A stretch of 64,000 bases of DNA from Mayamaea pseudoterrestris (taxonomy: Eukaryota): the NCBI GenBank assembly GCA_027923505.1, contig BROI01000005.1, forward strand, positions 682,001 through 746,000, in the 5' to 3' direction. A program made the position numbers and the translations under genes. Below the pieces are notes generated by a model. It did not search any database. It worked only from the letters and a program-made list of their open reading frames with translations, and was not told the origin of the DNA. Within the stretch, counting starts at the first letter, position 1. Each line of letters starts with the position of its first letter. Positions 11,364 to 23,232 of this stretch are shown piece by piece.

Positions 11364-14300
11364 ATGTTCATCCTCGCCCTTTGCACCCTCGCCCTTGCGC
11401 TTCTCTTTACTCCCAATGTATTGGGAGTCGAGTATGAAACAAAGTCAAATCTCGAAGCGCTGGACGGGCGCGCCTCGCGTTTCGCCTCGGAGTTTACCGA
11501 CTCGCCCGTCGTCAAGACGAATCCGTTTGCCGCCTTGAACGAGCAGTGCCAGCATGACTGCGTCCATGAAACCGACCCGACGACGCGCAAGCTTCTTGAT
11601 CCATTGTCGAGCTCCTGTCCTCAGTGCGGTCCCAAGTACGAGAATCAGCATTGCAACAGTTGCTGCGACGAGGGCGCCAGCTCCCTGCATCTTCGGTGAG
11701 TGCTGCTGCAATGCATTACGTTCCCGGGTTTGCTTGGCAAAGCTCGCGTCTCTGCTTTGCAGTCAATTTGAGCGACTGTAATTGGCAGCCTTAGATTGCG
11801 CATTGTTGATTTGCTCGGAATTGCGTCTTTTATTGCGTCGTCGCGTTACGGCTCCTTGGTCCCGCGTGCATGATCGCTGATCGTTCGCTCGTTCCGCCAT
11901 TATGCACTCACTCCATGTCATTCTTCACCGCATCTTTTGCAGCGTTCACGGATGCGACAACAAGGTTACTTTCTCGTCCTCCGAGGAAGCATCCTCCGAC
12001 TGCGGCATTGTCGATTTCGACATGGCGGACATTCGCTTCCTCGACTGCGACTGCTACGACGCCTTGGTGGAAGGCGAGCTTGGTTTGACAGAGGCGGCGA
12101 CGACTTGCGAGCTCCACAAATCCATGGTCCTTGCAGCTTCCAAGTCCTACGGAGATGCATACGATCTCTGTCTCGTTTCCGTTTCAGTCGGCGCCAATGG
12201 AACTGCAGCTGCAAATTTTACCAAGCCGCTCCCTCCGGTCCTTGGCATCACACAAGCTGGCCAGGATGATCACAAGCCGCTTCGTACCTACATGGACACG
12301 ACCTGCACCGCGCTCGACTCGACGATGCCGATTGTCTTGCCGCTCTTTCCAGGATACGGCAAGTACTCGGGATCATGCGCCAATGCAAGCTATATCGACT
12401 TGCACTATGCTGGAAATGCACCGATTCCATCTGATATTGATCATGTTGACGGTGTTCCTTCACAAGGCGCTTTCTGGATCGAGTTTCGCGATGGAACAAG
12501 CACTGGATTTTGGCCCGTCGACAAGGAGCGAGTGTTCTTTAACCCATCCTTTGCACAATGCGCATGCATTGACTGTGACGTTCACGACGAAGTGAAAGGG
12601 CATCCGTGGACAATGTCTCCGTCTCATGCGGTTTCCATGTCAAATACTTCTCTGCACCCGACTCGCGTCGCTCTGATTGATTATGCGCCTGTAAAGCAGC
12701 AGCCGATTTATGCATTCACAGCCGAGCCATCGTCAGTATGGGGGCCGTCTCCACCTACCGCCAACAGCTTGGTGTCTTCGACCAAAGAGCCAAGTTTCGC
12801 GCCGACTCGCGTCGCTTCCAACAACAAGTCACCGACTGGACGACCGGTATTCGCAAGCACAAAAGAGCCCACTTCTGTTCCTCTTTCGCCGCCGACGGCT
12901 CCTCCGACGAAACGACCGACCACGCAATTTCCGACTGGATTGCGAACATCGGTGCCTACGTCTCCAATCGAGAATCTGACCTTGCTTCCTACCGCCGAAG
13001 ACACCAGCTTGCTAACTGCCCCAACAATGATGCCAGACTGCCATCACGACCACTCGAAACCACCAACCGTCCCGCCAACAGCAGAAGTTACCCCGCAAGG
13101 TCCCTCCGCGCTCATCAAGTCGGTCCGGCCGACAACGACGCCGACGCCCGCATATTCATCGACGAAGCAGCCTACGGCGTGGCCGACGGAGGTACCAACG
13201 CTTCCCATTGAAATCAATCCGACAAATGCCCCCATACACAGATCGACGAAACGCCCTGTACGCCCAACACGATTACCATCTGCCTATCCAGTCACATTGA
13301 CCCCGAGCATATCTCCCACAAGTCACCCTACTCGCTGGCCTACTTCATCACCAACTACGAATCCAGTAACAGGGCCACCATCAGCCTCTCCAGTGACTTC
13401 GACCCCGAGCGCATCTCCCACGAGTCACCCTACTCACTGGCCAACTTCGTTACCAACAGTTGTACCGACTCTCCCTATCGAGACCACAGAGCCAAGCTCG
13501 TCGCCAACCTTCGGCCCAACTACAAAGCCAACAGGGCCACCATCGTTCCCTCCAGTCACTTTGACGCCGAGCGCATCTCCAACAAATCACCCTACTCGCT
13601 GGCCTACTACATCACCGACAGCAAAGCCAACAGGGCCACCATCGTTCCCTCCAGTCACTTTGACGCCAAGTGCTTCTCCTACAGATCACCCTACCCGCTG
13701 GCCGACTGCATCACCGACAGCAAAGCTAACGGGGCCACCATCGTCTTCTCCAGTGACTTTGAAGCCAAGCGCATCTCCAACAGATCACCCCACTAAATGG
13801 CCAACTCCATTACCAACTGCCGAGCCAACTGGGCCACCATCTGCCTCTCCAACCACTTTGACGCCTAGCGCATCTCCAACGGGTCACCCTACTCGCTCAC
13901 CTACTTCACCGCCAACGCGCCATCCAACTGCCATGCCTTCGATGTCAAGTAGCGGTCCTTCGCAATTTCCAAGTGACGTGCCGACGAAGATTCCAAGTCC
14001 TCGCCCAACCAAGATGCCGAGCAAGGTACCAACAAAGTTTCCAAGTCGTCCTCCCACCAAGTATCCGAGCAAGTTACCGACGACATATCCGAGTCGTCGC
14101 CCAACGAAGGTTCCGACAAAGTTGCCGAGTCGTCGCCCAACCAAGTTGCCGACCAAGGTACCAACAATGGTTCCAAGTCGCCCTCCCACCAAGTCGCCGA
14201 GCAATGCACCGACGACATTTCCGAGTCGTCGCCCAACGAAACTTCCGACAAAGTTGCCAAGTCATCGCCCAACCAAGTTGCCGACAACGGTTGCTCCGAC

Positions 14301-15097
14301 TAGCCTTGCTCCGCAGACGTTTCCACCCACAGCAGAGACTACTGCATTTGTACCTGGAACGCCACAGCCTTCGCAGAACAGTTGTTCGTGCGTATGCCCA
14401 GCTCCTGGAACGTCGTCCGCGCCCACTTTCAAGGGATCTGAAGTTCCAGCCGCTCCAACCCTTGATCTTGACACCATTGTCCCGACGGCCATCCCGTCTG
14501 CCGCAGACTCTGAGAACATTGACAATGCACCTGTTTCGTCTTGGCCGACTGCCCGTCCGGGAAAGGTGAGTATCGATGCTGCCAGTTTAAATGCTTAATA
14601 AGTACATCCTTCCACTAATAATTATCCCCATATGTTTCGTTTTGTCACAGAAATCTGCTGTCCCTACCCTGGCGATGGTCACGCCCAAACCGACTGTCGC
14701 GCGCAAGACTTCTTCGCCCTCCAAGTCAACCTCAAACACTGGAAGTCCTACGAAAGGGCAAGTGCTGACGAAGAGTCCCACCAAAATTCCAAGCGTCCAG
14801 GCGACGTTCAAGCCCTCCAGTGCCGGTACTGTCGACTGCCCGGACTTTACGCAGACTGCGTGCTACGCGTATGCCTCCACCAAGTGCTCCTTGATCGATT
14901 CTGGAGGCGTCTTTCCGCCGCCGGCTTGCATTGTGCCTGGACATGAACGCGCGCTCACGGCTGCTAGTGCCGGCGCTGACAACGATTTGGCGCTCGACCT
15001 CCTTGACTTGTTGCGCAGCGGCGTCATTTCGAAGGAGTGGGTGCAGACCGAGAAGCTCCGTCACCAGGCGAAGCTTGATGCGCTTCTGACGGCTTGA
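11364..15097 (+). CDS. Large secreted Cys-domain plus Pro/Thr/Ser-rich (mucin-like) extracellular protein; exons 11364-11695, 11943-14565, 14651-15097 (~1133 aa)
   Basis: Signal peptide MFILALCTLALALLF. Introns 11696-11942 and 14566-14650 have GTGAGT donors and CAG acceptors and join three track ORFs in compatible phase. Cys-rich N- and C-terminal regions flank long PT/PS repeats. Confidence 0.8.
13280..13920 (+). repeat. Coding tandem repeat, 99-nt (33-aa) unit, about 6 degenerate copies
   Basis: aagccaacagggccaccatcgttccctccagtcactttgacgcc recurs at 13525 and 13624; unit approximately PTGPPSFPPVTLTPSASPTxHPTRWPTxSPTAK. Confidence 0.85.
13980..14290 (+). repeat. Coding tetrapeptide repeat P-[TS]-[KRT]-x (basic)
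   Basis: PTKMPSKVPTKFPSRPPTKYPSKLPTTYPSRRPTKVPTKLPSRRPTKL; the DNA ccgagtcgtcgcccaac is repeated. Confidence 0.85.
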
Positions 15098-15429
15098 GAA
15101 ACGACCGCCGGCATTGTTTGTTTGTATAAACTGATTTGCGAAAGTTTGTGACTTTGGTTCTTGAACGCTGGCCACATTTTGATGATGGCCAAACTTTATA
15201 CTTACTGTTAGTCACAGCTTTTTTTCGCATTTGCGGTTTCTATGTTATGGATATGTAGAATTTAAGGAAACTGCTTAGATGAACAGGATAAGGCAAGCTT
15301 GTGATAGCGACCAATGCATTCGTCAGTTCCCGCGGCAAATTTGAAAACGCTGCGACGAGCCTCAGATAACGCTGCGACACTTTTTAGAATCGGACGAGAC
15401 GATCCGACGATGCATTCTACCATGATCTG

Positions 15430-18400
15430 ATGATGGCCATGCGTTGCCTGCGAGCCAGACGCAAATACTTGCTACACTTCATCGTATCCATATTCTGTGC
15501 ATTATCGAGTTTGACAGCTTGGAGTGAAGGAAGAAAATTTGACACTAGAAAATCAGAACGGCAAAAGCAACGGCCATCAACTCGACTTTTCCGCTTTGAC
15601 TTGCATCCATCATCCGCTCAAGTTGAACTAAAACGACGCGAAAAACGTCGACGACGTCTATCCACCAATAATTATTCCGCCAATGCCATTGAATATCCAT
15701 CGGACTGGTTTCTCGCCGAGCAAAATGCCGTTTACGCCACCATTCCTGATTCGCGTGATCCAAACCATCGACATAATCGGCACCTTTTGCAATTTCATCA
15801 ATGGCGGCATTTGAGTCGTTACGAAATTGCGTATCGAAGGCAAGCGAATATAACTCTTGATTTAGATTGGAATGGAACCTATGAATACAGCTCGTCGTTT
15901 TCGTCATGGCGAAACTTGACGGAAAGTACTACGGCAGAATCTGAAGCAACATTAATAGCAGCAGCATCCGACACTGCAGTAACAGCAAGTACGACTCCAC
16001 ATGGCAATGGATTTGCCTTTGACAATTACCAAGCCGTGCCGCTCAGTCAAGGCTACGGAACGCACTTTGCCAACATTTGGGTCGGCAGTCCAACGCCCCA
16101 GCGCAAGACGGTCATTGTGGATACGGGGAGTCACTACACGGCCTTTCCGTGCTCGGGTTGCGTCAATTGGTGCGTGTCGTGAGTAATGAAGACATATGAA
16201 TTAAATCTTGTTGTTTGCATGATTGTGCTCAATACATTTTCGTTCGACAAAATATCACTCACCCCACGTTGCGTCATATTATTCAAAACAGCGGTCGCCC
16301 GCACCACACGGATCCATACTTTAACCCACGCAAGTCCAAAAGCTTTCGCTTGCTGCAGTGCGACGAATGTCGCGACGGAGTCATGTGCGACAATGGGCAG
16401 TGTCGGTTCAGTCAATCCTACACGGAGGGAAGCAGCTGGGAGGCGGTGCAGGTGGAGGATCGCTTCTACTGCGGCGGCACCGACGTGTTGGATAGCGTCG
16501 ATCCGAACGACTCCAACTATGCGATTGAGTTCATGTTTGGATGTCAAACGGCCATGACCGGTTTGTTCATTACGCAACTGGCGGATGGCATCATGGGCTT
16601 GAGTCAGCATCAGGCAACCTTGGTCAAGAACTTGTACGACAAGCGACTCATTGAAAATAATTTGTTCGCCATGTGTTATCGACGCGAACTTGGAACGAGC
16701 AAGCGAGGTGTCACGGCCGGAAGTATGACAATTGGTGGCTTTTCAAGTAGTTTGGACACGAGTCCGATGATTTATGCCAAGAACATGGCCAGCGTTGGTT
16801 GGTTTACAGTTTACGTGAAAAATATTTACGTTCGATCGGGCGGCGGACAATCGGCGCTCAGCAATGATCCAAACCACAAGACCATTCGCGTTCATATTGA
16901 CCCAGCTGCGTTGAATAGTGGAAAGGGAGTGATTGTCGATTCTGGCACGACGGACACGTATTTGAACGTGAAGGTTTCGCGCGAGTTTAGCCGCGCCTGG
17001 AAGGCTGCGACGGGAGCTCAGTACACGCACTCGCCCATCAAGCTTTCCAAGGAGGAGCTGCTCCGCCTTCCAACTATTCTTGTGCAATGCCATGCCTATT
17101 CGCAGCGCGACGATCCATCCGTCGATGATCACGATTCTATACCTGGTTACGTTGGCAAGCTTGACCCCAAGAACAAGAATGATTTGCTCATCGCCATTCC
17201 AGCCACCTCCTATATGGACTACTCGCCAGTGACAAAACTATACACGAGCCGCGTATATTTCACCGAAACTGCAGGTGGAGTGCTTGGGTCGAATGCTATG
17301 CAGGGACACAATGTTGTGTTTGACTGGGGCAATGGTCGCGTCGGTTTCGCGGAAAGCTCGTGCACCTACGATAAGAAGGACGTTCCTCCGCCAGTGCTGG
17401 ATACAGGATATTCGTCCGACTGTCTCGTTGGTGATCCAATATTGACACAGACTTGCCTCGACACGGTGGATCAAGTGTTATGCAGATATCACCCAAACAA
17501 TATTGCGCTATTGGGGACGGAAGTATGGACTGCAGTGGTTGAAAGCGCAGGATCAGAAACAGGATCAACATGCATAGAGTCAATCAAAGGAATAACAAAT
17601 GCTGAAGTTTTGGACACACCTGTTGTTCAATGTAAAGGTGATGGGTTGTGCCAAGAAGAACGACCTTGTCAACTGAACTGCAAACAGCTCGACAAAGCTC
17701 TGAAAGTTAGACCCGTAAACGATGAAAGAAACGGCGATTCTGGCTGCGGTGATTCGTTTTGGAGCGCCTGTGATTATGGGTGTAAGCAATCGAGAGTCCA
17801 TTCGAGGCTGCACACTGATGGGATTTGTCATGAAGTTTTAAGGGAAACGAGGCCATGCCACATTGGAGCATGCGCTCGTTCGGATCCATGTCGTGTCCCC
17901 TTTCTGATCCATGCAGTCCTGGGCTTAAAGGGGGCTGATATTAATAAATGGTCACTTGGATCAGAAGACAGTTTGTCTATAGCACTTCGTCAGGCTTGTG
18001 AAAGAATAAGCAAGGGTGGCTCGTTGTTCGAAGAGGGAGATGTAAATATTCTGGCTGTGCTACCATGGAACCGCTACGAGGAAGCGTTATCGGCTACTTG
18101 GGCAGTGAATGACGATGCTGCGAAGAAGCAACCGCTCGTTGACGATGCGTTTGGAGTCAAGGTGGTGTTGGAAATCTCGATACACAATCCGCTTCCGAAA
18201 TCGGGCAACGTTTCGCTCACAGAGAACGTAGACGACGAGGGCCGAGGCAAATTGTCGTCTATCATGCGCAACTTCAATCTTCGTAAACCGAGGACAACGT
18301 GCAACAGCGACGACCTCTACAGTCTCGCTAAAAGAGCGCTTGAATTGCGAAAGGAAGTTCTGGCTCAAAAGAAATTCATTCCGATTTTGATCGAAGAGCT

Positions 18401-18971
18401 AAAGCGATCGGAGGGCCTGATGGATCCTGACTCAAGGTCGGAATTACTACTAGCAAACTACGAGTCACCATTTACGCTGCTCTATTACAGCGACGAACGT
18501 GTCATTTACAGCAAAATGTTGTCAGCTTGGTCCATCCGAACCGAAGTTGATAATGAGATCAACTACTTTGGTCCTCCCAAGCCCTTTTGGTTTCGAATTC
18601 TTACGTTCATTCACACGCTCGTCTTTGCCTTAATGTCCTTCATGTTGCTGACTACTGCCTGGAGCATCTTGCTTGCCTGCATCGACACGTTTACCGACGA
18701 TGCTCCTTCCCGGCCGAACAGGTTTTTGCATTTTTGGCGACGTCCGCGACTGCGCAATCCTATCCTTTCGTCTATCGACCGCGACGCGGCCGCGGGGCCT
18801 CAAGCGGAAGACAACAGTTTGAGAGCTCTGGTGGAAGTAGAACTGGCGATGCAATCTCCTCGGTACCACCGCGAAACAAGTGGTACATCTCCCAAGAAAC
18901 GTCGATCTACCCAAACGCTATTAAATTCGTCCACACCGACGAGTAGTCACGAAAAGGAGCGCCTATTATAA
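15430..18971 (+). CDS. Membrane-anchored A1 aspartic protease, plasmepsin V/ASP5-like; exons 15430-16169, 16292-18971
   Basis: Catalytic IVDTGS and IVDSGTT. Removing intron 16170-16291 gives AFPCSGCVNCGRPHHTDPYF (nepenthesin-type Cys insert). Also SYTEGSSW, FGCQ, ADGIMGL, a TSP1-like WSACDYGC..RPCHIGAC segment, a C-terminal hydrophobic helix and an N-terminal signal/anchor. Confidence 0.88.
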
Positions 18972-19239
18972 ATACTCCAGTAACCAGTATTATTTTGCTG
19001 TTAAAAGTTATTAAACTCCCCTCGCTATTTGCTCGCGCGGAAACGATTGTGTGTTTAAAACTTTGACAAAAGACGTTCGCTTCATCCTTTACGATTTGGT
19101 TGCATGGATATTATGTTGTCAGGGCGCCTCCAATTTTTCTCCACCTCCTCCTATGTTTCACATTACCCGTGAAGGTGGGCTAACTGAAAAGCCAAACCCA
19201 ACCAACCAGTCGCATGCAACAAAACAAAACGACGAATGT

Positions 19240-20415
19240 TCAACTTGACACATTCTGCAACACATCCCTCGTCCATTGAAAGACGGCAAAGGACAGGGCC
19301 GTTGCAACGGTACTCTTGTAGACTGCGGGTACCAAGCCCTTGTACAGCGCCAAGAAACCTTCGCGTCTATACATGGTGCGCATGCAATGGACCATGTTGC
19401 GGTAGCGAACGTTGCTGCGCGTCACTTGCAACGACGATGATTCGTTTTCCGAATATAGTAGTACGCTGAGCGCTTGGCCCTGCAGTCGTCGCTTGACGGT
19501 ATCGAGTGGATAGACTAATATCTTGCTCACGGCGCCGCTGATGCTTCCGGCGTAGGCACTGTTCATGAGGCGCCGGCTTCCGTGTCGCTGATCATGGTCG
19601 TCATTTGATAGTGGCATGGTCAAGTACTCGTAAATGGTAAAGTTGACGCCCATGTACGGAATGATTTGTACAATGGCAGGTCCAACGCCAGCGTAGAATC
19701 CTCGATAGCCCTGCTGTCGATGCAGGTGCTTGGCAAACTGCAGTAGACTGGAAGGCGGTGGAGACAAAGTCGCACGGGACTTGAATGTATATACATGCTC
19801 GCGCATTGCTTGTTGCTGCTGCTTGCCATCGTACCATGGATCAACGAGACTCGAAAAAGGCATGGCCGTAGACTGTGGCGTAGTCTCAAACTTGCCCCTG
19901 GCCGCAAAGGCCGTTCGACACACGTCAAATGGATACGTGGCGAGCGTGGCGCATGATCCCGCCGTGGCTCCGGAGACGAAGGTAACGACGGATTGTAGCG
20001 TATGCGTATTGTTGTTTGTACTGTTCGCATGTTCATTGGCATTTACCAGCTTGTGCAAGGCTTCCTTGGTGGCATTGTAGAGAGAAAATTGAACCGCCGA
20101 GTAGCTAATCCATAGGTACACGGCTGCCAGATTGCCGCGAAACAGGGCCGTCACGCCTCCCTCTTTTTCCATGATACTCCTCCACGTACTCAATATTGAT
20201 TCCGTGGCTTGCTTGCTACTGTTGGAATGGGAGACTGCCAATTGTCGCCGAATGCGCACCAAGTCGAGGGGCGCCGTCGCCATGCGACTCGACAAGCCAG
20301 CCACGCCGCCCGCCAAAGCGTTCTGCCAGGCGGGAAAGTTTCTGCTTGTTGATGCTGCATGCGACTGCGACTCGTCTACTATTTCGGAAGCAGCATTCGT
20401 CGCATCCTTGCTCAT
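19240..20415 (-). CDS. Mitochondrial carrier family protein, thiamine pyrophosphate carrier (SLC25A19/TPC1)-like
   Basis: Three carrier signatures PLDLVRIR, PFDVCRT and PLDTVKRR; FRGNLAAVYLWISYSAVQF and QIIPYMGVNF resemble TPP carriers. Confidence 0.85.
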   Translation of the reverse strand: MSKDATNAASEIVDESQSHAASTSRNFPAWQNALAGGVAGLSSRMATAPLDLVRIRRQLAVSHSNSSKQATESILSTWRSIMEKEGGVTALFRGNLAAVYLWISYSAVQFSLYNATKEALHKLVNANEHANSTNNNTHTLQSVVTFVSGATAGSCATLATYPFDVCRTAFAARGKFETTPQSTAMPFSSLVDPWYDGKQQQQAMREHVYTFKSRATLSPPPSSLLQFAKHLHRQQGYRGFYAGVGPAIVQIIPYMGVNFTIYEYLTMPLSNDDHDQRHGSRRLMNSAYAGSISGAVSKILVYPLDTVKRRLQGQALSVLLYSENESSSLQVTRSNVRYRNMVHCMRTMYRREGFLALYKGLVPAVYKSTVATALSFAVFQWTRDVLQNVSS

Positions 20416-20635
20416 TATTTTTTGGAAAATGATCCTCCGATGCGCGAGTCGCCAGCAGCCTCAGCAGAAGGATCTCAAGTTCAAGATTTAAAAATTCAGA
20501 CTTGTTGGCGCCGTTAATGAATAACGATTTTTTAAAAAATATTTGCTGACTGCTACAGTTCGAAATGTTGTAGGATGAGCGTCGTGAATCCCATGGTGCA
20601 AAATGGTGGCGAGGGCGTGGACGTCGATTTGATGA

Positions 20636-20756
20636 CTCGCACCGGTGCTCATTTGAATCGCACGCCAGCCATGTTTACACTACGGTATGAGTCATAGTTG
20701 CAAAAGGGAAAGCGTACCGTACGTCACGAATCGACCATGACGAAACACATCACACT
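20636..20756 (+). promoter_or_regulatory. Upstream element copy A (duplicated at 23233-23344), contains ACGTCA
   Basis: Collinear similarity to 23233-23344; ends about 79 nt before the ATG at 20835. Confidence 0.65.
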
Positions 20757-20834
20757 TGTTGCAACAACCATCAACCATGAGGACTACTGTATTACTATAT
20801 ATACATAATACTGAACTACAGCAATCCTAAAATA

Positions 20835-21590
20835 ATGCCTCGAATAGCCGCTCGTCTGACTGTCACGCTACTGCTCCCACTTTGTCGGCTCGCAGACGCG
20901 TTCGTTCCATTCACGCCGCACGTGATGAACAGCAAAAACATTATTTCGACAAGATCATTTACAAATCAGATATACGCTCAGCAGCAACAATCCAATAATC
21001 ATGACAATGCCACAAAATCATTTGATACATTTTTCAATCGCTTCATTGCTCCGCAACTGGATGATCCGTTTCTTCCATTGGCGGACGTTGGCGTGGCCCA
21101 GATTGTCGCTCCGTCGCTCCAAGTATTTTGGTTGACCGTCAATCATGCTCCGACACCGTCGTGGCTGACACCCATAGTGTTTGGAAGCGGCAGTTTGTAT
21201 TCGAGTAATATGAGGGGGTCACTTTTGGCGCCAACCTTGATCCACGGAGCCGCCTTGGCGCTGTGCTGGATTCTGGGGGCTCTGGCGGCGAAAGCCTACG
21301 AAGCGGACGCATTGAGACCATTAGCAGCAGCAAATGGCAAGATGAGTTACAATACAGTCTTCATGCGAACCATTCAAGCTGGCTGCTTTGGTACAGGCTT
21401 GCTGATACTTGCGACGCAACTCGACTTGCTGTTGGAGTTTCATCGCTGGGTGCAGCCTGGTGAGTCGGATGAAATTGATCTTCGACTATTGACGGCGCTC
21501 GTCGAGCTCATTAATGACGTATTCTTTGAGGCAGTGACGTTGATATCGTGGAGGCTATTCGTCGCCAAACAGAATGCGCAGCTACCATGA
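20835..21590 (+). CDS. Plastid-targeted multi-pass membrane protein of unknown function (possibly DUF3054-like)
   Basis: Signal peptide followed by ADA-FVP (ASAFAP-type cleavage site) and a transit peptide; about 4 hydrophobic helices. The family guess is weak. Confidence 0.7.
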   Translation: MPRIAARLTVTLLLPLCRLADAFVPFTPHVMNSKNIISTRSFTNQIYAQQQQSNNHDNATKSFDTFFNRFIAPQLDDPFLPLADVGVAQIVAPSLQVFWLTVNHAPTPSWLTPIVFGSGSLYSSNMRGSLLAPTLIHGAALALCWILGALAAKAYEADALRPLAAANGKMSYNTVFMRTIQAGCFGTGLLILATQLDLLLEFHRWVQPGESDEIDLRLLTALVELINDVFFEAVTLISWRLFVAKQNAQLP

Positions 21591-21739
21591 TGGTACATGA
21601 TTGGCAGAGATGCTTCATGGTTGTCAGTAGAATTGGTATTGAGCTTGGAGCAACGCAACTTGGAGCTCGTTTATGCGCATGGCACGATGTTACAATAGAT
21701 TTGATTATTAGAAAATATAGATCTACAAGTGATGAGACA

Positions 21740-22939
21740 CTACGTTACGTTTCCACAAGGAAAGCAGTGCGACAGCTCCATGCCGCAAATGGTAGCAAGC
21801 ATGCCTGAAACCAATAATTCATCCTCCAGTGGTTCCGAAGTCACTGTCACGTAAAGAACGCGTTTGCCACACGATGCATCTGCACTACATATTTCACGCC
21901 GAACCAACTTGCGATCATGGAGCGTTCGCGTGGTTGTCAGTTGCGTACAACCATCGTTGCGTCTTATAATGGACGGACCACTATAATCAAGGGATTTTCG
22001 CAGTAGATTCGAATTGGCAGATGGATGCTGCAAGTCTTGAAAACTTGCATGATTGATAGGTGCAAGCTCCCATGCCCTGTTATTAAAGGCTTGCGCAAAT
22101 ACATGCAGCGGATCACCAAAGGGCTTCCACCGACGCGCGCGAAACAAGAGTTGCAACGGTCCGCCAAACAGCCGATTCGTCTCCGTCTCCGAAAAGTGTT
22201 CTTCCGTATCACTACAAGTACTATCTGATGAGGCAGATGACAAGGCAGGTTGTATATCATTGCTCGCGTCAGCTGGATCGTTGTGATTGTGACTGTGACT
22301 TGTACGAGCAAAACGCTTGTTCCACAAGGAAGCGACTCGCTTCAAAACGGCGCGTCTAGAAATATGGCGGTTACTTTGGCGGAAAATACTTTTTGTCGTC
22401 GAGTCGCTCGTAGTTGACGGAGAACATAGAGCAAGACTTCTTGTACTGGCCGCCTCGATGGCTGCATCCGTTTCAATATGATCATCCGACGCGCTCCCTT
22501 GCGATGCAAATGATGAATTTGACAATGCAGACTGCAGCAAAGATGGGGGACTTGCACTGACACTCGCACTCGTATCTTGTCGTTGAGACAAGCATCGACT
22601 AGCGCAAATTGCATTTGTCATGCTCTTGTTGACTGTCACGCAGCGTGACTCTCCTGGTGACAACATTGGCAATGCTTTTTCCTTGAGCAGCAAATGATCG
22701 AGTTTGAATCTGGCATCCTTGTCCATGAGCGTTTCGTAGGAGGCTGCCAATTGTTCAAAAATCTCTCTTCGTCTCGCTGCTTCAGCCTGCGGCATGGCAA
22801 AAACGCGGCGTGATGGATGATGCCACAGCGCCAGTTTCCGATAGGCTTGCGTAATTTCAACAAGAGTCGCGTCGCGCCGCAGCTGCAGTAGATGATAGGG
22901 ATTAATGGAAGTTACAGGAGCTGATGGAGTCATTGGCAT
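21740..22939 (-). CDS. J-domain (DnaJ-like) protein with HPS in place of HPD
   Basis: NPYHLLQL..ATLVEITQAYRKLALWHHPS..FEQLAASYETL.D...R; the rest is largely Ser-rich low complexity. Confidence 0.75.
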   Translation of the reverse strand: MPMTPSAPVTSINPYHLLQLRRDATLVEITQAYRKLALWHHPSRRVFAMPQAEAARRREIFEQLAASYETLMDKDARFKLDHLLLKEKALPMLSPGESRCVTVNKSMTNAICASRCLSQRQDTSASVSASPPSLLQSALSNSSFASQGSASDDHIETDAAIEAASTRSLALCSPSTTSDSTTKSIFRQSNRHISRRAVLKRVASLWNKRFARTSHSHNHNDPADASNDIQPALSSASSDSTCSDTEEHFSETETNRLFGGPLQLLFRARRWKPFGDPLHVFAQAFNNRAWELAPINHASFQDLQHPSANSNLLRKSLDYSGPSIIRRNDGCTQLTTTRTLHDRKLVRREICSADASCGKRVLYVTVTSEPLEDELLVSGMLATICGMELSHCFPCGNVT

Positions 22940-23232
22940 GATTCTACTGGCGACTGCTGGTATTGTGAATTGTCTTGTCAACGAAGACTTTGTGCTGTGG
23001 TGATTTACTGTTAGTTGCTGCTTCGTTGCTTCTTGATCGGATGAAATACTACCGCAGTAAATAACGAAGCCGTAAATCCTAGAAGGTTAGCAATCTATCC
23101 CAAGCACCGTAATAATATCGAGTTTATGTATGTACACGCTCGTTTTGCTTCGTTCGATGGTGGTCCACGGAAGTTTGAGGCGCGTTTGTCATGGTCGATC
23201 CAAGCGTTGGACGATCGAGTCAATTTTAAAGC

